Made by a program: the position numbers and the translations under genes
The notes under the pieces: generated by a model
What the model was told of the DNA's origin: nothing
Databases searched by the model: none
Seen by the model: only the letters and a program-made list of their open reading frames with translations
Assembly: GCA_018402205.1 (NCBI GenBank)
Contig: JAGYIX010000005.1
Span: 55,202-119,201, forward strand
Direction of reading: 5' to 3'
Source of the DNA: Flavobacteriaceae bacterium
GTDB taxonomy: Bacteria > Bacteroidota > Bacteroidia > Flavobacteriales > Flavobacteriaceae
Length of the DNA: 64,000 nucleotides
Part shown: positions 28,372 through 38,349 of the stretch, in pieces
How the letters are laid out: each line of letters starts with the position of its first letter
How positions within the stretch are numbered: position 1 is the first letter of the stretch

Positions 28372-29451
28372 CTAGTTCAACTCTAGCGGGCTTCCATACC
28401 CTTTGCCCACAAGCTGAGGCAAGCCTAATAATTGACGCACTGTAGGAGCCACCTGATTGGTGTACAACTGTAAATCACCGTTTATTTCTCCCAGAGGGGC
28501 CACTTGGTTGCCGAAAAGAATAAACCAGGTCTGATCGGCGCCCTTTATTTCAGTGCCGTGACCTTTCCAAGTATCGAGCGGATCGGTTCCACGACCGTGA
28601 TCGGTAGTGATGATAAAGGTGGTGGCGTCTTTGTAATACGCATCGTTTTGAACGAAATTCCACAAATCTTCGATGAGTTTGTCGGTGTTGTGAGCCGATT
28701 TTAAGTAGGCAGCATAATCGCCGTCATGGGCAAAATCATCGGTTTCTCCGTACGAAATATAAATCAGGTCAGGATGGTGTTTTCTGAGGTATGCTTTGGC
28801 GTACTGATGGGTGAATCCGTCTAGGCGCACACTGCCCCACGGGCTTGGAATCACAGGCTGTAATTCATTGAGTAATTGCTCGTCGCTGCTTAACGGATAG
28901 TCAGTTGAAAGGTCGAATCCGCTATTGGTGTAAACCCCTGAGCGCTGTTCATTTACAATGAAATCAAATACATCCCAGCTTCCAAAAGCCGCCACCTTGT
29001 TGGTTTTCGACGTCTCTTGCGCAAACTGTTCTAGCACCGTGATATTGGGGTTTGGCTGTTTATCATTGCTTGAAATGCGCTCGTCATCGGCACGGCCTGT
29101 TAAGATTTCGTTGTAACCTGGGTAAGAGAACCACATATAATTGGTGAGATTTACCTTGCTGCCAAGGGTGCGATTGCCGTGAATCTGACCTATTTGGGCC
29201 ACTTTATTCCAGATAAACGGATTCAATGCCTCTCTGCGCTCCGCCGCCGATGGCCTCCAAAATTCACGATACAGCGCTTCTGGATTGTCTACATATTCGC
29301 TATTCTGAATTAATAAAGAATCGGCTCCGCTAAAAAGTTCTTGCCAGCGGTATCCGTCTAAAGTGATGAGAAATACTTTGTGCTCTGTTTGTGCATTCCC
29401 CAAAAAACTAAAAGAAATAAGGGCAAAAAAAGTGTAGATAAAAAGCTTCAT
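28372..29451 (-). CDS. secreted alkaline-phosphatase-superfamily protein (phosphodiesterase/NPP-like)
   Basis: Signal peptide. Metal-site-like motifs VFLITLDGYRWQE, SYPGYNEILTG, GETDDFAHDGD and ITTDHGRG. Confidence 0.6.
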   Translation of the reverse strand: MKLFIYTFFALISFSFLGNAQTEHKVFLITLDGYRWQELFSGADSLLIQNSEYVDNPEALYREFWRPSAAERREALNPFIWNKVAQIGQIHGNRTLGSKVNLTNYMWFSYPGYNEILTGRADDERISSNDKQPNPNITVLEQFAQETSKTNKVAAFGSWDVFDFIVNEQRSGVYTNSGFDLSTDYPLSSDEQLLNELQPVIPSPWGSVRLDGFTHQYAKAYLRKHHPDLIYISYGETDDFAHDGDYAAYLKSAHNTDKLIEDLWNFVQNDAYYKDATTFIITTDHGRGTDPLDTWKGHGTEIKGADQTWFILFGNQVAPLGEINGDLQLYTNQVAPTVRQLLGLPQLVGKGYGSPLELN

Positions 29452-29546
29452 AATTTAAAGGGCTAAAGTTTGGCCTCGAAAAGATAAACCGAAGATCTAA
29501 AAAGATTGCAGTATATTAATTCTAAAGTCTTTTGAGAACTGTACTT

Positions 29547-30752
29547 ATGAAACGCATTCGCTTAATTACCCTGTCTGTTATTAATGTGCTTTTAATAGCA
29601 TGCACGCCAAAAAGCCCTCTAGACCAGGCCATTGAGCAGGCTGAGCCAATAGTACAGCAACTCTTAGACGATTCGCATCACGAAATTCAACTGCGCTACA
29701 CTAAGATTAATCGTGACACTGCGGGCCTGCCTAGTTTTGTAACCCACTCAGTGAACGAAGATGGCGATGCTTATTTTTATCCGGCTAGTACCGTCAAGCT
29801 GCCCGTGGCCGTGCTCGCCCTTCAGCGACTCAACGAATTAAAGGCTGACGGCTTGGCTATCGACGCCTCAACGCCCATGCACATTTACGACGCGGCTTTT
29901 GAGCAACCGATCGCCCTGGCTGACAGCACCAAGGCCGACAGCTCGCTCACCGTTTCGCACCTCATCAAAAAGATTTTCTTGGTCAGCGATAACGACGCTT
30001 ACAACTACCTCTTTGATTTTCTGGGTAGAGACTACATCAACGCTCAGCTCAACGAAAAAGGACTAAGCCAAACCCAAATACAGCACAAATTCTTGTTTGG
30101 GGCAGACAATACCCAGACCTGGAGTTACGTCTTTTTAAAAGGCGCAGACAGCCTTTACGCGCAGCCTTCTATTACCAGTGAAGCGGCGCTCAGCACGAAC
30201 GCCAAAAAGGGTCTGCTAAAGGGTCAGGGATATCAGTCTGATGGGCAACTCATTCAGCAACCCTTTGACTTTAGCGCCAGAAATAGGATGTCGTTGGCTG
30301 ACCTTGAGGGGGTGATGAAGCGGGTTATTTTTCCGGAGGCCTTCGCAGAAGATCAGCGCTTTAATTTGACTGAAAAAGACTATTCTTTTCTGCGATTTTG
30401 GATGAGTCGAAATACCCTAGAAAGCCAAGAACCCAATTACGCCACTGACAGTACGTACTACGACAGCTACGGAAAGTTCTTTGTTTACGGAGACCGCCCA
30501 GGTCAAATGAATGACACCGTACGCATTTACAATAAGGTAGGATATGCCTACGGAACGCTAACCGATATTGCCTATATAGTTGATCGGGTTCATGCAGTCG
30601 AGTTTCTGCTGTCGGCCACCATTTTGGTCAATGAAAATCAAATCTTTAACGACAATACCTACGAGTACGACGAGAAGGGGATTCCGTTTTTAGGGGCCCT
30701 AGGCCGGGCGGTGTTAGAGTTTGAGCGAAACAAAAAAGGTGACGCCTATTGA
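29547..30752 (+). CDS. lipoprotein serine hydrolase, class A beta-lactamase-related
   Basis: Lipobox LLIAC. SxxK (ASTVK), SDN (VSDNDAYN) and a KxG-like motif (NKVGYAYG). Start moved from TTG 29532 to ATG 29547. Confidence 0.65.
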   Translation: MKRIRLITLSVINVLLIACTPKSPLDQAIEQAEPIVQQLLDDSHHEIQLRYTKINRDTAGLPSFVTHSVNEDGDAYFYPASTVKLPVAVLALQRLNELKADGLAIDASTPMHIYDAAFEQPIALADSTKADSSLTVSHLIKKIFLVSDNDAYNYLFDFLGRDYINAQLNEKGLSQTQIQHKFLFGADNTQTWSYVFLKGADSLYAQPSITSEAALSTNAKKGLLKGQGYQSDGQLIQQPFDFSARNRMSLADLEGVMKRVIFPEAFAEDQRFNLTEKDYSFLRFWMSRNTLESQEPNYATDSTYYDSYGKFFVYGDRPGQMNDTVRIYNKVGYAYGTLTDIAYIVDRVHAVEFLLSATILVNENQIFNDNTYEYDEKGIPFLGALGRAVLEFERNKKGDAY

Positions 30753-31279
30753 GTCATTTTCTTAGGGCCATACCACAAGAAAAATCCGCTTAGCGATAAT
30801 GCAATAAGGCCGAGTCCGATTAGCGTCGAATAGACCCATTTAGAGGTGTCTGTCTGAGAGAAGTAAAATTCAATAATAGAGCCGTCGTGAATACGCTCAA
30901 TAAAATGATCAGCACGTACTTCTTCAGAAACGATTTCGCCGCTTAACCCTTCAATTTGAAGTTCGGTGAAATGGCGCTTAAAGAGCACCTTTGCGATGCC
31001 CTTGTCGAGGCGAATATCAACCCGGTCGATTTGCGTATCTAGCCCCTTAGAGCGAGCATGAGCCTGAGCCACCTGAACAATCTGATCTAAAGGAGTCCAC
31101 TGTTCAACAGTAGTAAGTTCGACCGCCTTAGCGGTAGAAGGCTTTAGACCCAACGGATCTTTCCAGGCCAAGAGCACACCCGTTAGGGCCATTATAAAGA
31201 AAAAAACAAGCAGCCCAAGCCCAATTCGTTTATGCCACTTGCGAAAACTTCGAATAAGGTAGGCGCGCTTTTTGCGCAT
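30746..31279 (-). CDS. PepSY-associated TM-helix / PepSY domain membrane protein
   Basis: FRKWHKRIGLGLLVFFFIMALTGVLLAW N-terminal pattern, a periplasmic PepSY-like segment and a C-terminal TM helix. Start moved from TTG 31297 to ATG 31279. Confidence 0.6.
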   Translation of the reverse strand: MRKKRAYLIRSFRKWHKRIGLGLLVFFFIMALTGVLLAWKDPLGLKPSTAKAVELTTVEQWTPLDQIVQVAQAHARSKGLDTQIDRVDIRLDKGIAKVLFKRHFTELQIEGLSGEIVSEEVRADHFIERIHDGSIIEFYFSQTDTSKWVYSTLIGLGLIALSLSGFFLWYGPKKMTQ

Positions 31280-31396
31280 GTGAGGCAAATTCGACAAAAG
31301 TGTGCGGGATTAGGCGGTTAAAGCGTGAATTATCTAGGATCCTAAATTAGCGAAAATTTCTAGTTATATTGGAGGCCTTTAACACAATTAACGCTC

Positions 31397-33711
31397 ATGA
31401 AAGCCCTGTTTAGCCTTGTTTTCAGCCTTGTTTCTTTAGCAACTTTCGCCCAAGAAAAACCCCTTGACTCCCTAGTCAACGAATACGCCAGCCAAGAGGG
31501 GCTCATCACTACCTATTGGCATCCAGAGAAATCGAAGCTGCTGTTGGCTGTAAACGACAGCCTTTTGGGTAAGCCACTGCTTATGGTTACCCGTTACGTG
31601 AGCCTTCCAGCCAACTATTCGGCTTACAGAAATGCCGGATCAAAGACCGCAGAAAGTGTAATTAGCTTTGAGCGAGAGGCCAACAAGATTGTGCTGAAAC
31701 AGCTTTCTTACGTGAATTTGGCAGAAGAAGGCGACCCCATTGCGCAAAGTGTGGTACAGAATAACTTAGCGCCTATTCTTTCTGTTTTTGAAAAAATGAA
31801 TTCCGAGAAGCAGATCGCCCTTTTTGATGCGACCGATTTCTTCTCTAAAGACTCACCCGGATTTAATGCCGTCGGCGAAACCGAAAAAAAGAATTTCAAA
31901 ATCGGATCAATTGATTCCAAACGTTCATTTATCAATGAGGTGCGCAGCTTTCCGTTAAACACAGAGATCACGCACACGCTTACCTATCCTATAGCGGCCG
32001 CTCCACGAAGCAATCGCAGTGAGACCTTTAGCTTCAAGCTCAATCACTCGATCATCGCACTGCCCGAACACCCCATGCCCACCCGAAAGGTTGACCATAG
32101 AGTCGGATGGTTCTCTCTAGAGCAATACAATTATTCTTCAGAGGCGCTTAAATCAGACAACTACCGCATCGCCACTCGCTGGAGGCTAGAGCCTAAAGAC
32201 AAAGAGGCTTACGCCAGAGGAGTACTCTCAGAGCCCATTAAACCCATCGTGTTTTACATAGACCCCGCTACCCCACTAAAATGGCGACCCTATTTTAAGA
32301 AAGGCATAGAAGACTGGAACAGGCCGTTCGAAAAAGCAGGATTTAAAAACGCCATAATCGCTAAGGATCCGCCTACCAAAGAAGAAGACCCAGAATTCAG
32401 CCCCGAAGATGTGCGCTACTCGGTAGTGCGCTACGTGGCTTCTACCACCCGAAATGCCACCGGGCCGAGCGTGAAAGACCCCAGAACCGGAGAAATAATA
32501 GAGAGTGATGTTATCTGGTACCACAACCACTTGCGCTCTTACCGAAACCGCTACCTGCTCGAGACGGGGGCCGCCAATGAGAAGGCGCGTAGCCTAAACA
32601 CTCCTGAAGAAGAGATCGGAGAAATGATGCGCAGAGTCATCGCTCATGAGGTAGGTCACGCCTTGGGTTTACCGCATAATATGAAGGCTAGCTCGGCCTA
32701 TCCTGTTGACTCGTTGCGATCTGCTAGCTTCACCCAAAAATGGGAATTGCCGCCACCATTATGGATTATGCGCGCTACAATTACGTCGCTCAGCCCGGCG
32801 ACAAGGGGATCCGTTTTGTGCGCCAAATGGGGCCCTATGACGACTACGCCATCGAATGGGGGTACCGTTACTTCGAGACGCTCGAAGATGAACAAAAATG
32901 GCTGAAGCAATTTGTCGACCAGCGCAGTCTTGAGCCGGTCTACCAATTTGGTTCTTCGGGTAATGATCCGAATTCACAGACCGAAAACATAGGAGACGAC
33001 CCTGTAAAAGCCACTGCCTATGGGCTGAGCAACCTAAAAATTGTAGCTAAAAATCTCGAAGAGTGGACGACCTACGACGGAGCGACCTATGACGACCTCA
33101 ACGAATTGTACATGGAGCTGATTGGAGTCTACCGCCGCTACATCTATCACGTGGTGTCGGTGGTTGGAGGAGTAAACGAGACCCTGGTGGTAAAGGGACA
33201 GGCGGCGATTCCGTATCAAAATGTAAACAAGGCCAAGCAAAAAGAAGCTCTGGCCTCACTCGACGAGCACCTCTGGAAAACGCAAAAATGGCTATTTGAG
33301 CCAACGCTCATTTCAAAATTTGAGGGCGATGGACACCTTGACCTCATCTCAAATCTGCAAAAAGCGGCGCTTTACAGGTTGCTGAGCACCGATCGCTTAA
33401 ACCGCATGCTTTCAACCACTGTGACTCTTGAAGGCGAGGGACTTCATCCGCATGAGCTTATTGAATTGCTAGCGCAAGGGCTTATGTACAAGAAGGCCCA
33501 GCCCGATCTACTCGAGCGAAACCTTCAGCTGGCATTTATTGAGCGCAGCAAAGAACTGCTTGCCGATGAAAAGGTGCACGCTGAGGTCAAGTCTAGCGTT
33601 TTTAAGCAAAGTGAGTCGCTTAAAAAATGGCTGAAGAAACAAGAGCGCAGCAGCAATGGTGCATTAAGTGGTCATTTCGGCTATGCGCTAAAGCGCTTAA
33701 CGGCAGAGTAA
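31397..33711 (+). pseudogene. secreted zinc-dependent metalloprotease (DUF5117/DUF4953 type), split by a 1-nt frameshift
   Basis: ORFs 31397..32905 (frame 2) and 32740..33711 (frame 1) together rebuild one protein of about 770 aa. HEXXH site VIAHEVGHALGLPHN. The conserved IMDYARYNYVAQPGD block continues in the second frame. The junction is at an A5 run, 32736-32740. Confidence 0.75.
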
Positions 33712-33713
33712 AG

Positions 33714-34157
33714 CTATTTCGAGGCCTTGTACCAGGTTTGGGTGCGTCCAAGCAGTGAGATACCTAAATAGCCACGCACCTTCAAGGTCTGGTCGTCTTC
33801 TAGCGTAAGGGTGCACGAATACTGCTTTCCATTGGCCGGGTCGAGAATTTTTCCGCCGGTCCAGGCTGATCCGTCCCACTCGAGGCCTTCAATGATCGTG
33901 AGACCCTCTATGGGCTTGTCTTTTAAAGCACCTTTGCAAGCTGCACACTGCTTGCCCTTGTCTTCTTCGAGCAACAGTCGCGCGATTTGGCCGTATAGCT
34001 TTCCGCCTTCTACATAAAGGCTGATCTCAGATTTGCGCTGATTCGAAACATCATCGACAGAGACCCAAACGCCTTCGAAGGCCTGTTTTGTTTCGGTCTG
34101 CGCATAGGCGCTAGTTAGGCCAACAAAAAAAACAAGTAAAATAAGTGCGTTTCGCAT
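33714..34157 (-). CDS. DUF2147 domain protein, secreted
   Basis: Signal peptide. GGKILDPANGKQYSCTLTLEDDQTLKVRGYLGISLLGRTQTWYK matches the DUF2147 pattern. Start moved to ATG 34157. Confidence 0.85.
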   Translation of the reverse strand: MRNALILLVFFVGLTSAYAQTETKQAFEGVWVSVDDVSNQRKSEISLYVEGGKLYGQIARLLLEEDKGKQCAACKGALKDKPIEGLTIIEGLEWDGSAWTGGKILDPANGKQYSCTLTLEDDQTLKVRGYLGISLLGRTQTWYKASK

Positions 34158-34168
34158 GGTAATTGGGT

Positions 34169-34843
34169 TTAACGAAGATTGGTGAGCACAGATAACAGAA
34201 GGGGTTCCATGACGGCATATCCGGCCTCGTTGGGGTGAACCGGATCGTACCCCCAATCAGACCTGAGGCCCTTTTGGGCATCGACCATGGCCCTGTAGTA
34301 ATCGACATAGGCCAATTCATAGGTCTTGGCCATATGCTGCAACATGCCGTTCAATTCTACCACCTTTTCGGTCGGATCGATACGCTGCCTCCACGGAAAA
34401 GAGTTGGCCGGAAGCACCGAACAAAGCACCGGAACCACACCATTGGCCAGAGCAAGCTGCACCATGCTCTCAATGTTAGCCGCAATTTCTGTAAGCGAAA
34501 TGGGGCCGGTATTCTCGGCTATGTCGTTTATTCCTGCCAGAATAACCACCATTCTCGGGTTCAAATCAATCACGTCTTGACGAAACCGAAGCAGCATCTG
34601 AGGAGTGGTTTGGCCCCCAATTCCGCGATTAACAAACCCGTGCTCTTGAAAGAATTCCGGACGCATAGAGAGCCATCCTTGGGTTATCGAGTTTCCCATG
34701 AACACCACGCCTATTTGATCTGATGCAGCGCTAATAGAATCATTTTGCGTTTTAAAATAACTCATCTGGGCCCAGTCTTGAGCATGAACAGTTACAGAGC
34801 CTAAAAACAAGGCCAGCAGCAACATAGTTAACAGTCTATTCAT
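34169..34843 (-). CDS. secreted SGNH/GDSL-type esterase
   Basis: SGNH blocks FMGNSITQGW (I), GIGGQTT (II), LAGINDI (III) and DPVHPN (V). Confidence 0.85.
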   Translation of the reverse strand: MNRLLTMLLLALFLGSVTVHAQDWAQMSYFKTQNDSISAASDQIGVVFMGNSITQGWLSMRPEFFQEHGFVNRGIGGQTTPQMLLRFRQDVIDLNPRMVVILAGINDIAENTGPISLTEIAANIESMVQLALANGVVPVLCSVLPANSFPWRQRIDPTEKVVELNGMLQHMAKTYELAYVDYYRAMVDAQKGLRSDWGYDPVHPNEAGYAVMEPLLLSVLTNLR

Positions 34844-35609
34844 AACTATTGTCTTTATCTACCGCGCACAAATCTACAATGAGCTCGGCAATCTTATCGG
34901 TTACGTCTGCAATATATCGGGCTCCCTTTTCAGCCGAAGAGAGGCTGGGGTCTCCAATGCCCGTATCTTCACTTACCTCAGACCATTTTCGTTCGGCCCA
35001 TGCCCATTTTTCTCTTATGGCCTTGACCTTGTGCTTTTTTTCAGCGCCGCTTCCGGCTTGATCCAAAGGCAGCACTAATTCAGGATGAAGCTGCATCATG
35101 ATTGAGGTTTCCATCTCGTCCGCGTGGTCACCAGCCTTTTCAAAATATACCCTCTTATCTAGCATGTGAAACCAACTGCAAGTCACCAGCAACATCTCAG
35201 GAAAGAGCAGTCCAAGCTCCCGCAAGTGAGTCTTAAAGTCGTTTCCGCCATGGCTATTGAATACCAATAGCTTTTTAAGTCCTTGTCTATTGAGCACCGT
35301 AATCAGGTCTTTGAGAATGGCAAATTGGGTGCTCGGGTTGAGGTTCATATCGAGGTATATGTCGCTCTGGCCCGTGTTCACTCCAAAGGGAACGGTCGGA
35401 AGAATCACAAAATTGCCCCCCTTGTCATAGGCCTTCTGACCGGCGATTCTGAGCAATCCATCGGCCTCATACACATCAGTGCCATAAGGCAGGTGATAGT
35501 TATGGGCCTCTGTAGCAGCCCAACCGAGTATGGCTAGATCATATCTATGCGTCTTAAGGCGCTTCCAGTTGGACTCTTTGAGGTCAAAAAATTCGGCAGC
35601 GTCAGACAC
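34836..35609 (-). CDS. creatininase-family metal amidohydrolase (no signal peptide)
   Basis: Motifs AATEAHNYHLPYGTD, VFNSHGGN and GDHADEMETS are typical of the creatininase fold. GTG start at 35609. 8-nt overlap with the downstream esterase gene. Confidence 0.8.
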   Translation of the reverse strand: MSDAAEFFDLKESNWKRLKTHRYDLAILGWAATEAHNYHLPYGTDVYEADGLLRIAGQKAYDKGGNFVILPTVPFGVNTGQSDIYLDMNLNPSTQFAILKDLITVLNRQGLKKLLVFNSHGGNDFKTHLRELGLLFPEMLLVTCSWFHMLDKRVYFEKAGDHADEMETSIMMQLHPELVLPLDQAGSGAEKKHKVKAIREKWAWAERKWSEVSEDTGIGDPSLSSAEKGARYIADVTDKIAELIVDLCAVDKDNSYE

Positions 35610-35626
35610 TTTTAGTTACTTAAAGA

Positions 35627-36973
35627 TTAGAAAGAACGATAATCCCCGCTGAGATACTGGTTGGCCTCAGCTTCTTCAAAGGCAGACGCTTCTTTGTTGT
35701 AATGCAATGTTTTTCCAGGAAAGCGCCCAGCAATAACCCCCAACAGAATAGTTTCTGTTAGACGAGCTGAGTAATCAAATGGAGCAGAAGTCTCCGCTGT
35801 ACCTAGACAGGCATCGATGAACTGATGGTAGTGCTTAGGCGATTCACCCGCGTAGTCACGAACCGGCTCGCCCATAACGCCCTCAGTGTCAAAGTCTGAA
35901 ATGGCATAATCTGTATAGGCCCCTTCTTCAATGAGTTTAGGAAGCTGTTGAAAGTGCGGAAGCAGTAATCTTCTTCCGTCTTCTCCGATAAACATGGCCC
36001 CTTGATCGGGTAAGGCATCACCATTAGGGAGCATGAGCTCGTCACTCATCACCGGACCTTCGACTCCGTCGTACCACACCCACTCAAATTCAGGAGTAGT
36101 ATAGGCGGTTCCTTCAAACGTGTAGTGCACCTCGTTGCGCTCAGGATAACCGTATCCGTTAGATTCGCGGCAATAGGTGGTTATAGTGTTCGGAACATCA
36201 ATATCAAGGGCGTTGTAGGGTGTATCAAAAATGTGAACCCCCATGTCTCCCAATGTGGCGCATCCGTAATCCATGAGCTTTCTCCAGTTCATCGGATGGT
36301 AATAGCCTTCTTTATAAGGCCTTTCAGATGAAGTGCCCAACCACAGATTCCAGTCTAATCTTTCAGGAACCGCATCGGCGCCCTCAGGAATAGGGCCGTC
36401 GTAGCCCCAGTTTTTATTGGACCAGGCAATTACCTTGTTCACCTTGCCCACAATTCCTTTGCGAATGAGCAGTGTGGCTAGCTTGTAATCGTAAAAAGAG
36501 TGCACCTGAATACCCATCTGCGTTACCAATCCTTTTTCATTGGCCACCTTACGCATTTCTCTAGATTCTGACACGTAATGCGTTAAGGGCTTTTGGCAGT
36601 ATACAGGCTTGTTGTATTCCATGGCTAGCATCGAGGCGGGTGCATGCGTATGGTCGGGAGTAGACACCACCACAGCATCGATCTGTTCGCCATATTGCTC
36701 CATTAAAGTGCGGTAGTCAGCAAAAATCTGTGCATCCGGGAAAAGGGCATGGGCCGCTTTCAGATGCTCGCTATCTACATCGCAGAGTGCAGCAACCTTA
36801 ACCTGTGGGTGAGAAGCAATAGCCTCAAGGTCGGCCATTCCCATGTTTCCGACCCCAATGTGGGCTGTTCGTATCATTCTTGGCGCCGAAGAAGCGCACG
36901 ACCAAATAGACAACGGAAGGGCTGAGGCGCCAGCTGCCAAGGTCATTGATTTTAAAAACTCTCTTTTCTTCAT
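35627..36973 (-). CDS. Tat-type exported Gfo/Idh/MocA oxidoreductase (glycoside dehydrogenase-like)
   Basis: N-terminus MKKREFLKSMTLAAGASALPL is a KR variant of the RRxFLK Tat motif. Rossmann IRTAHIGVGNMG and CQKPL motif. Confidence 0.8.
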   Translation of the reverse strand: MKKREFLKSMTLAAGASALPLSIWSCASSAPRMIRTAHIGVGNMGMADLEAIASHPQVKVAALCDVDSEHLKAAHALFPDAQIFADYRTLMEQYGEQIDAVVVSTPDHTHAPASMLAMEYNKPVYCQKPLTHYVSESREMRKVANEKGLVTQMGIQVHSFYDYKLATLLIRKGIVGKVNKVIAWSNKNWGYDGPIPEGADAVPERLDWNLWLGTSSERPYKEGYYHPMNWRKLMDYGCATLGDMGVHIFDTPYNALDIDVPNTITTYCRESNGYGYPERNEVHYTFEGTAYTTPEFEWVWYDGVEGPVMSDELMLPNGDALPDQGAMFIGEDGRRLLLPHFQQLPKLIEEGAYTDYAISDFDTEGVMGEPVRDYAGESPKHYHQFIDACLGTAETSAPFDYSARLTETILLGVIAGRFPGKTLHYNKEASAFEEAEANQYLSGDYRSF

Positions 36974-36975
36974 GA

Positions 36976-37743
36976 TTATAATTCTTTGATTTTAATATTT
37001 CTAAACCACAATGAGCTACCGTGATCTTGTAGCCCGATGAATCCCTTTTTAAAAATTCCGTAGTCAGGAGCAAGCCCCCATTTACCACCTGATTTCTTAG
37101 CCTCCCAGTCTTCAGACCAGGGCACAAAACTCAGCAGCATTTCTCCGTTTAACCAGTGTTCAACGCGCTCAGGGGTAAACACGATTCGTGACGAATTCCA
37201 CTCACCGGCCGGGTTGAGTTTTTTCTTTGCAGGGTCGGGCACGTACATGGCGTAGTCGGCACCTGTTGACTGCAAGGGTTGCAGCTTTTCAGGATTCTCG
37301 GTAACCCCTATACTCTTGTTGTAACCCGTAATATCGTGATAGTCGGTATAATTAAGATCATCGATGAGCTGATATTCGGGAGACACTTCAGGAATACCAT
37401 TGTACCCTTCGACTACATGGTAAAATATTCCGCTGTTACCTCCAGACGGGATCTTCCACTCTAGGTAAAGCTCAAAGTTTTCAAATTCCTTGGCGCCATA
37501 GATGAGGTCGCGACTTCCTTTGTAATCGTAGTCTTGCTCTTTGACCATTTCGGTGCTGAAGGTGAGCTCTCCTTCGACGATTCCCCAGCCCGGAGGCAGT
37601 CGGTCACCATTGTAGGCACGCCAACCGTCTAGTGAGGTTCCGTCAAAAAGCATCATCCAGTCGGTTTCAACTTGTTTAGAAGACTCTTCAGCGCACGAAA
37701 GCACGAGCACAGCGGTCAGCAATAAAACGCTTAATTTTTTCAT
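36976..37743 (-). CDS. DUF1080 (3-keto-disaccharide hydrolase fold) lipoprotein
   Basis: Lipobox VLSC. Motifs LFDGTSLDGWRAY, FELYLEWKIPSGGNSGIFY, AGEWNSSRIVF and IGLQDHGSSLWFRNIKIKEL. Start moved to ATG 37743. Confidence 0.88.
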   Translation of the reverse strand: MKKLSVLLLTAVLVLSCAEESSKQVETDWMMLFDGTSLDGWRAYNGDRLPPGWGIVEGELTFSTEMVKEQDYDYKGSRDLIYGAKEFENFELYLEWKIPSGGNSGIFYHVVEGYNGIPEVSPEYQLIDDLNYTDYHDITGYNKSIGVTENPEKLQPLQSTGADYAMYVPDPAKKKLNPAGEWNSSRIVFTPERVEHWLNGEMLLSFVPWSEDWEAKKSGGKWGLAPDYGIFKKGFIGLQDHGSSLWFRNIKIKEL

Positions 37744-37750
37744 GTTTTGC

Positions 37751-38338
37751 TTATAATTCAGTGAGGTACATATTTCTCCATTTGACTTTGATTCCTCCGC
37801 CGTCGTGAATTTGCAGGGCGATTCCACCCTTACCCTTTCCGATCTTTTCGTCGGTTAACGTCACCATCTCGTGCCCATTTAGGTAAGTAGTCACGGTGTC
37901 GCCGTTACAAATGATTTTCATCTTGTTCCATTCGCCCATCTTAAGGTACGCATCTTTGGCCTTATCAGGCTTAATAAGCCATCCGCGACCATAAGACTCG
38001 TATATCCCCCCGGTGTCGTGATCAGGCGGAGCTACCTCTACCTGCCATCCGCTTACCACTGTTCCGTCAACGGTTGATCTAAAGAAGACCCCGCTGTTGC
38101 CGTCTGCCTCCTGCAAAAATTCTAATTCGAGTGAAAAATTGTCGTAATAGGCATTGGTTGAGAGGTATCCGTAGGCCTTGTCAGGGCCGCTCTCGCACAC
38201 CAGAAGCCCGTCTTCAACATACCATTTTTCGGTGCCGTTTATCGTCCACCCCTCTAGATTTTCACCGTTAAAAAGAGCGGTTTGAGCACTTATACCTAGG
38301 GTAATTAAAGCGAGTAGAGCTGTGAGTAAGTTTTTCAT
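37751..38338 (-). CDS. DUF1080 (3-keto-disaccharide hydrolase fold) protein, secreted
   Basis: Signal peptide. Motifs LFNGENLEGW, FSLELEFLQEADGNSGVFFR, GEWNKMKIICNG and IALQIHDGGGIKVKWRNMYLTEL. Confidence 0.88.
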   Translation of the reverse strand: MKNLLTALLALITLGISAQTALFNGENLEGWTINGTEKWYVEDGLLVCESGPDKAYGYLSTNAYYDNFSLELEFLQEADGNSGVFFRSTVDGTVVSGWQVEVAPPDHDTGGIYESYGRGWLIKPDKAKDAYLKMGEWNKMKIICNGDTVTTYLNGHEMVTLTDEKIGKGKGGIALQIHDGGGIKVKWRNMYLTEL

Positions 38339-38349
38339 TTAAGGTTGAT

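Noticed and set aside
28339-29531. Possible cobalamin or other riboswitch upstream of the BtuB-sized TonB-dependent receptor.
   Set aside because: Only 33 nt separate the receptor from the upstream gene, and only about 80 AT-rich nt precede the operon. That is too short and lacks the conserved GC-rich core expected of a cobalamin riboswitch.
32732-32745. Programmed -1 ribosomal frameshift or transcriptional slippage at CAA AAA TGG in the metalloprotease gene.
   Set aside because: The site is not a canonical X XXY YYZ heptamer, and A5 is shorter than the runs known to support efficient transcriptional slippage. No downstream stimulatory hairpin was evident. A simple indel, real or artefactual, is more parsimonious.
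34235-34723. 162-aa plus-strand ORF opposite the SGNH esterase gene. The same applies to 46106..46501, 40376..40795, 58610..59023, 50699..51064, 9094..9459 and 13517..13783.
   Set aside because: Each is embedded antisense in a gene with clear family motifs and none has motifs of its own, so all are treated as spurious shadow ORFs.
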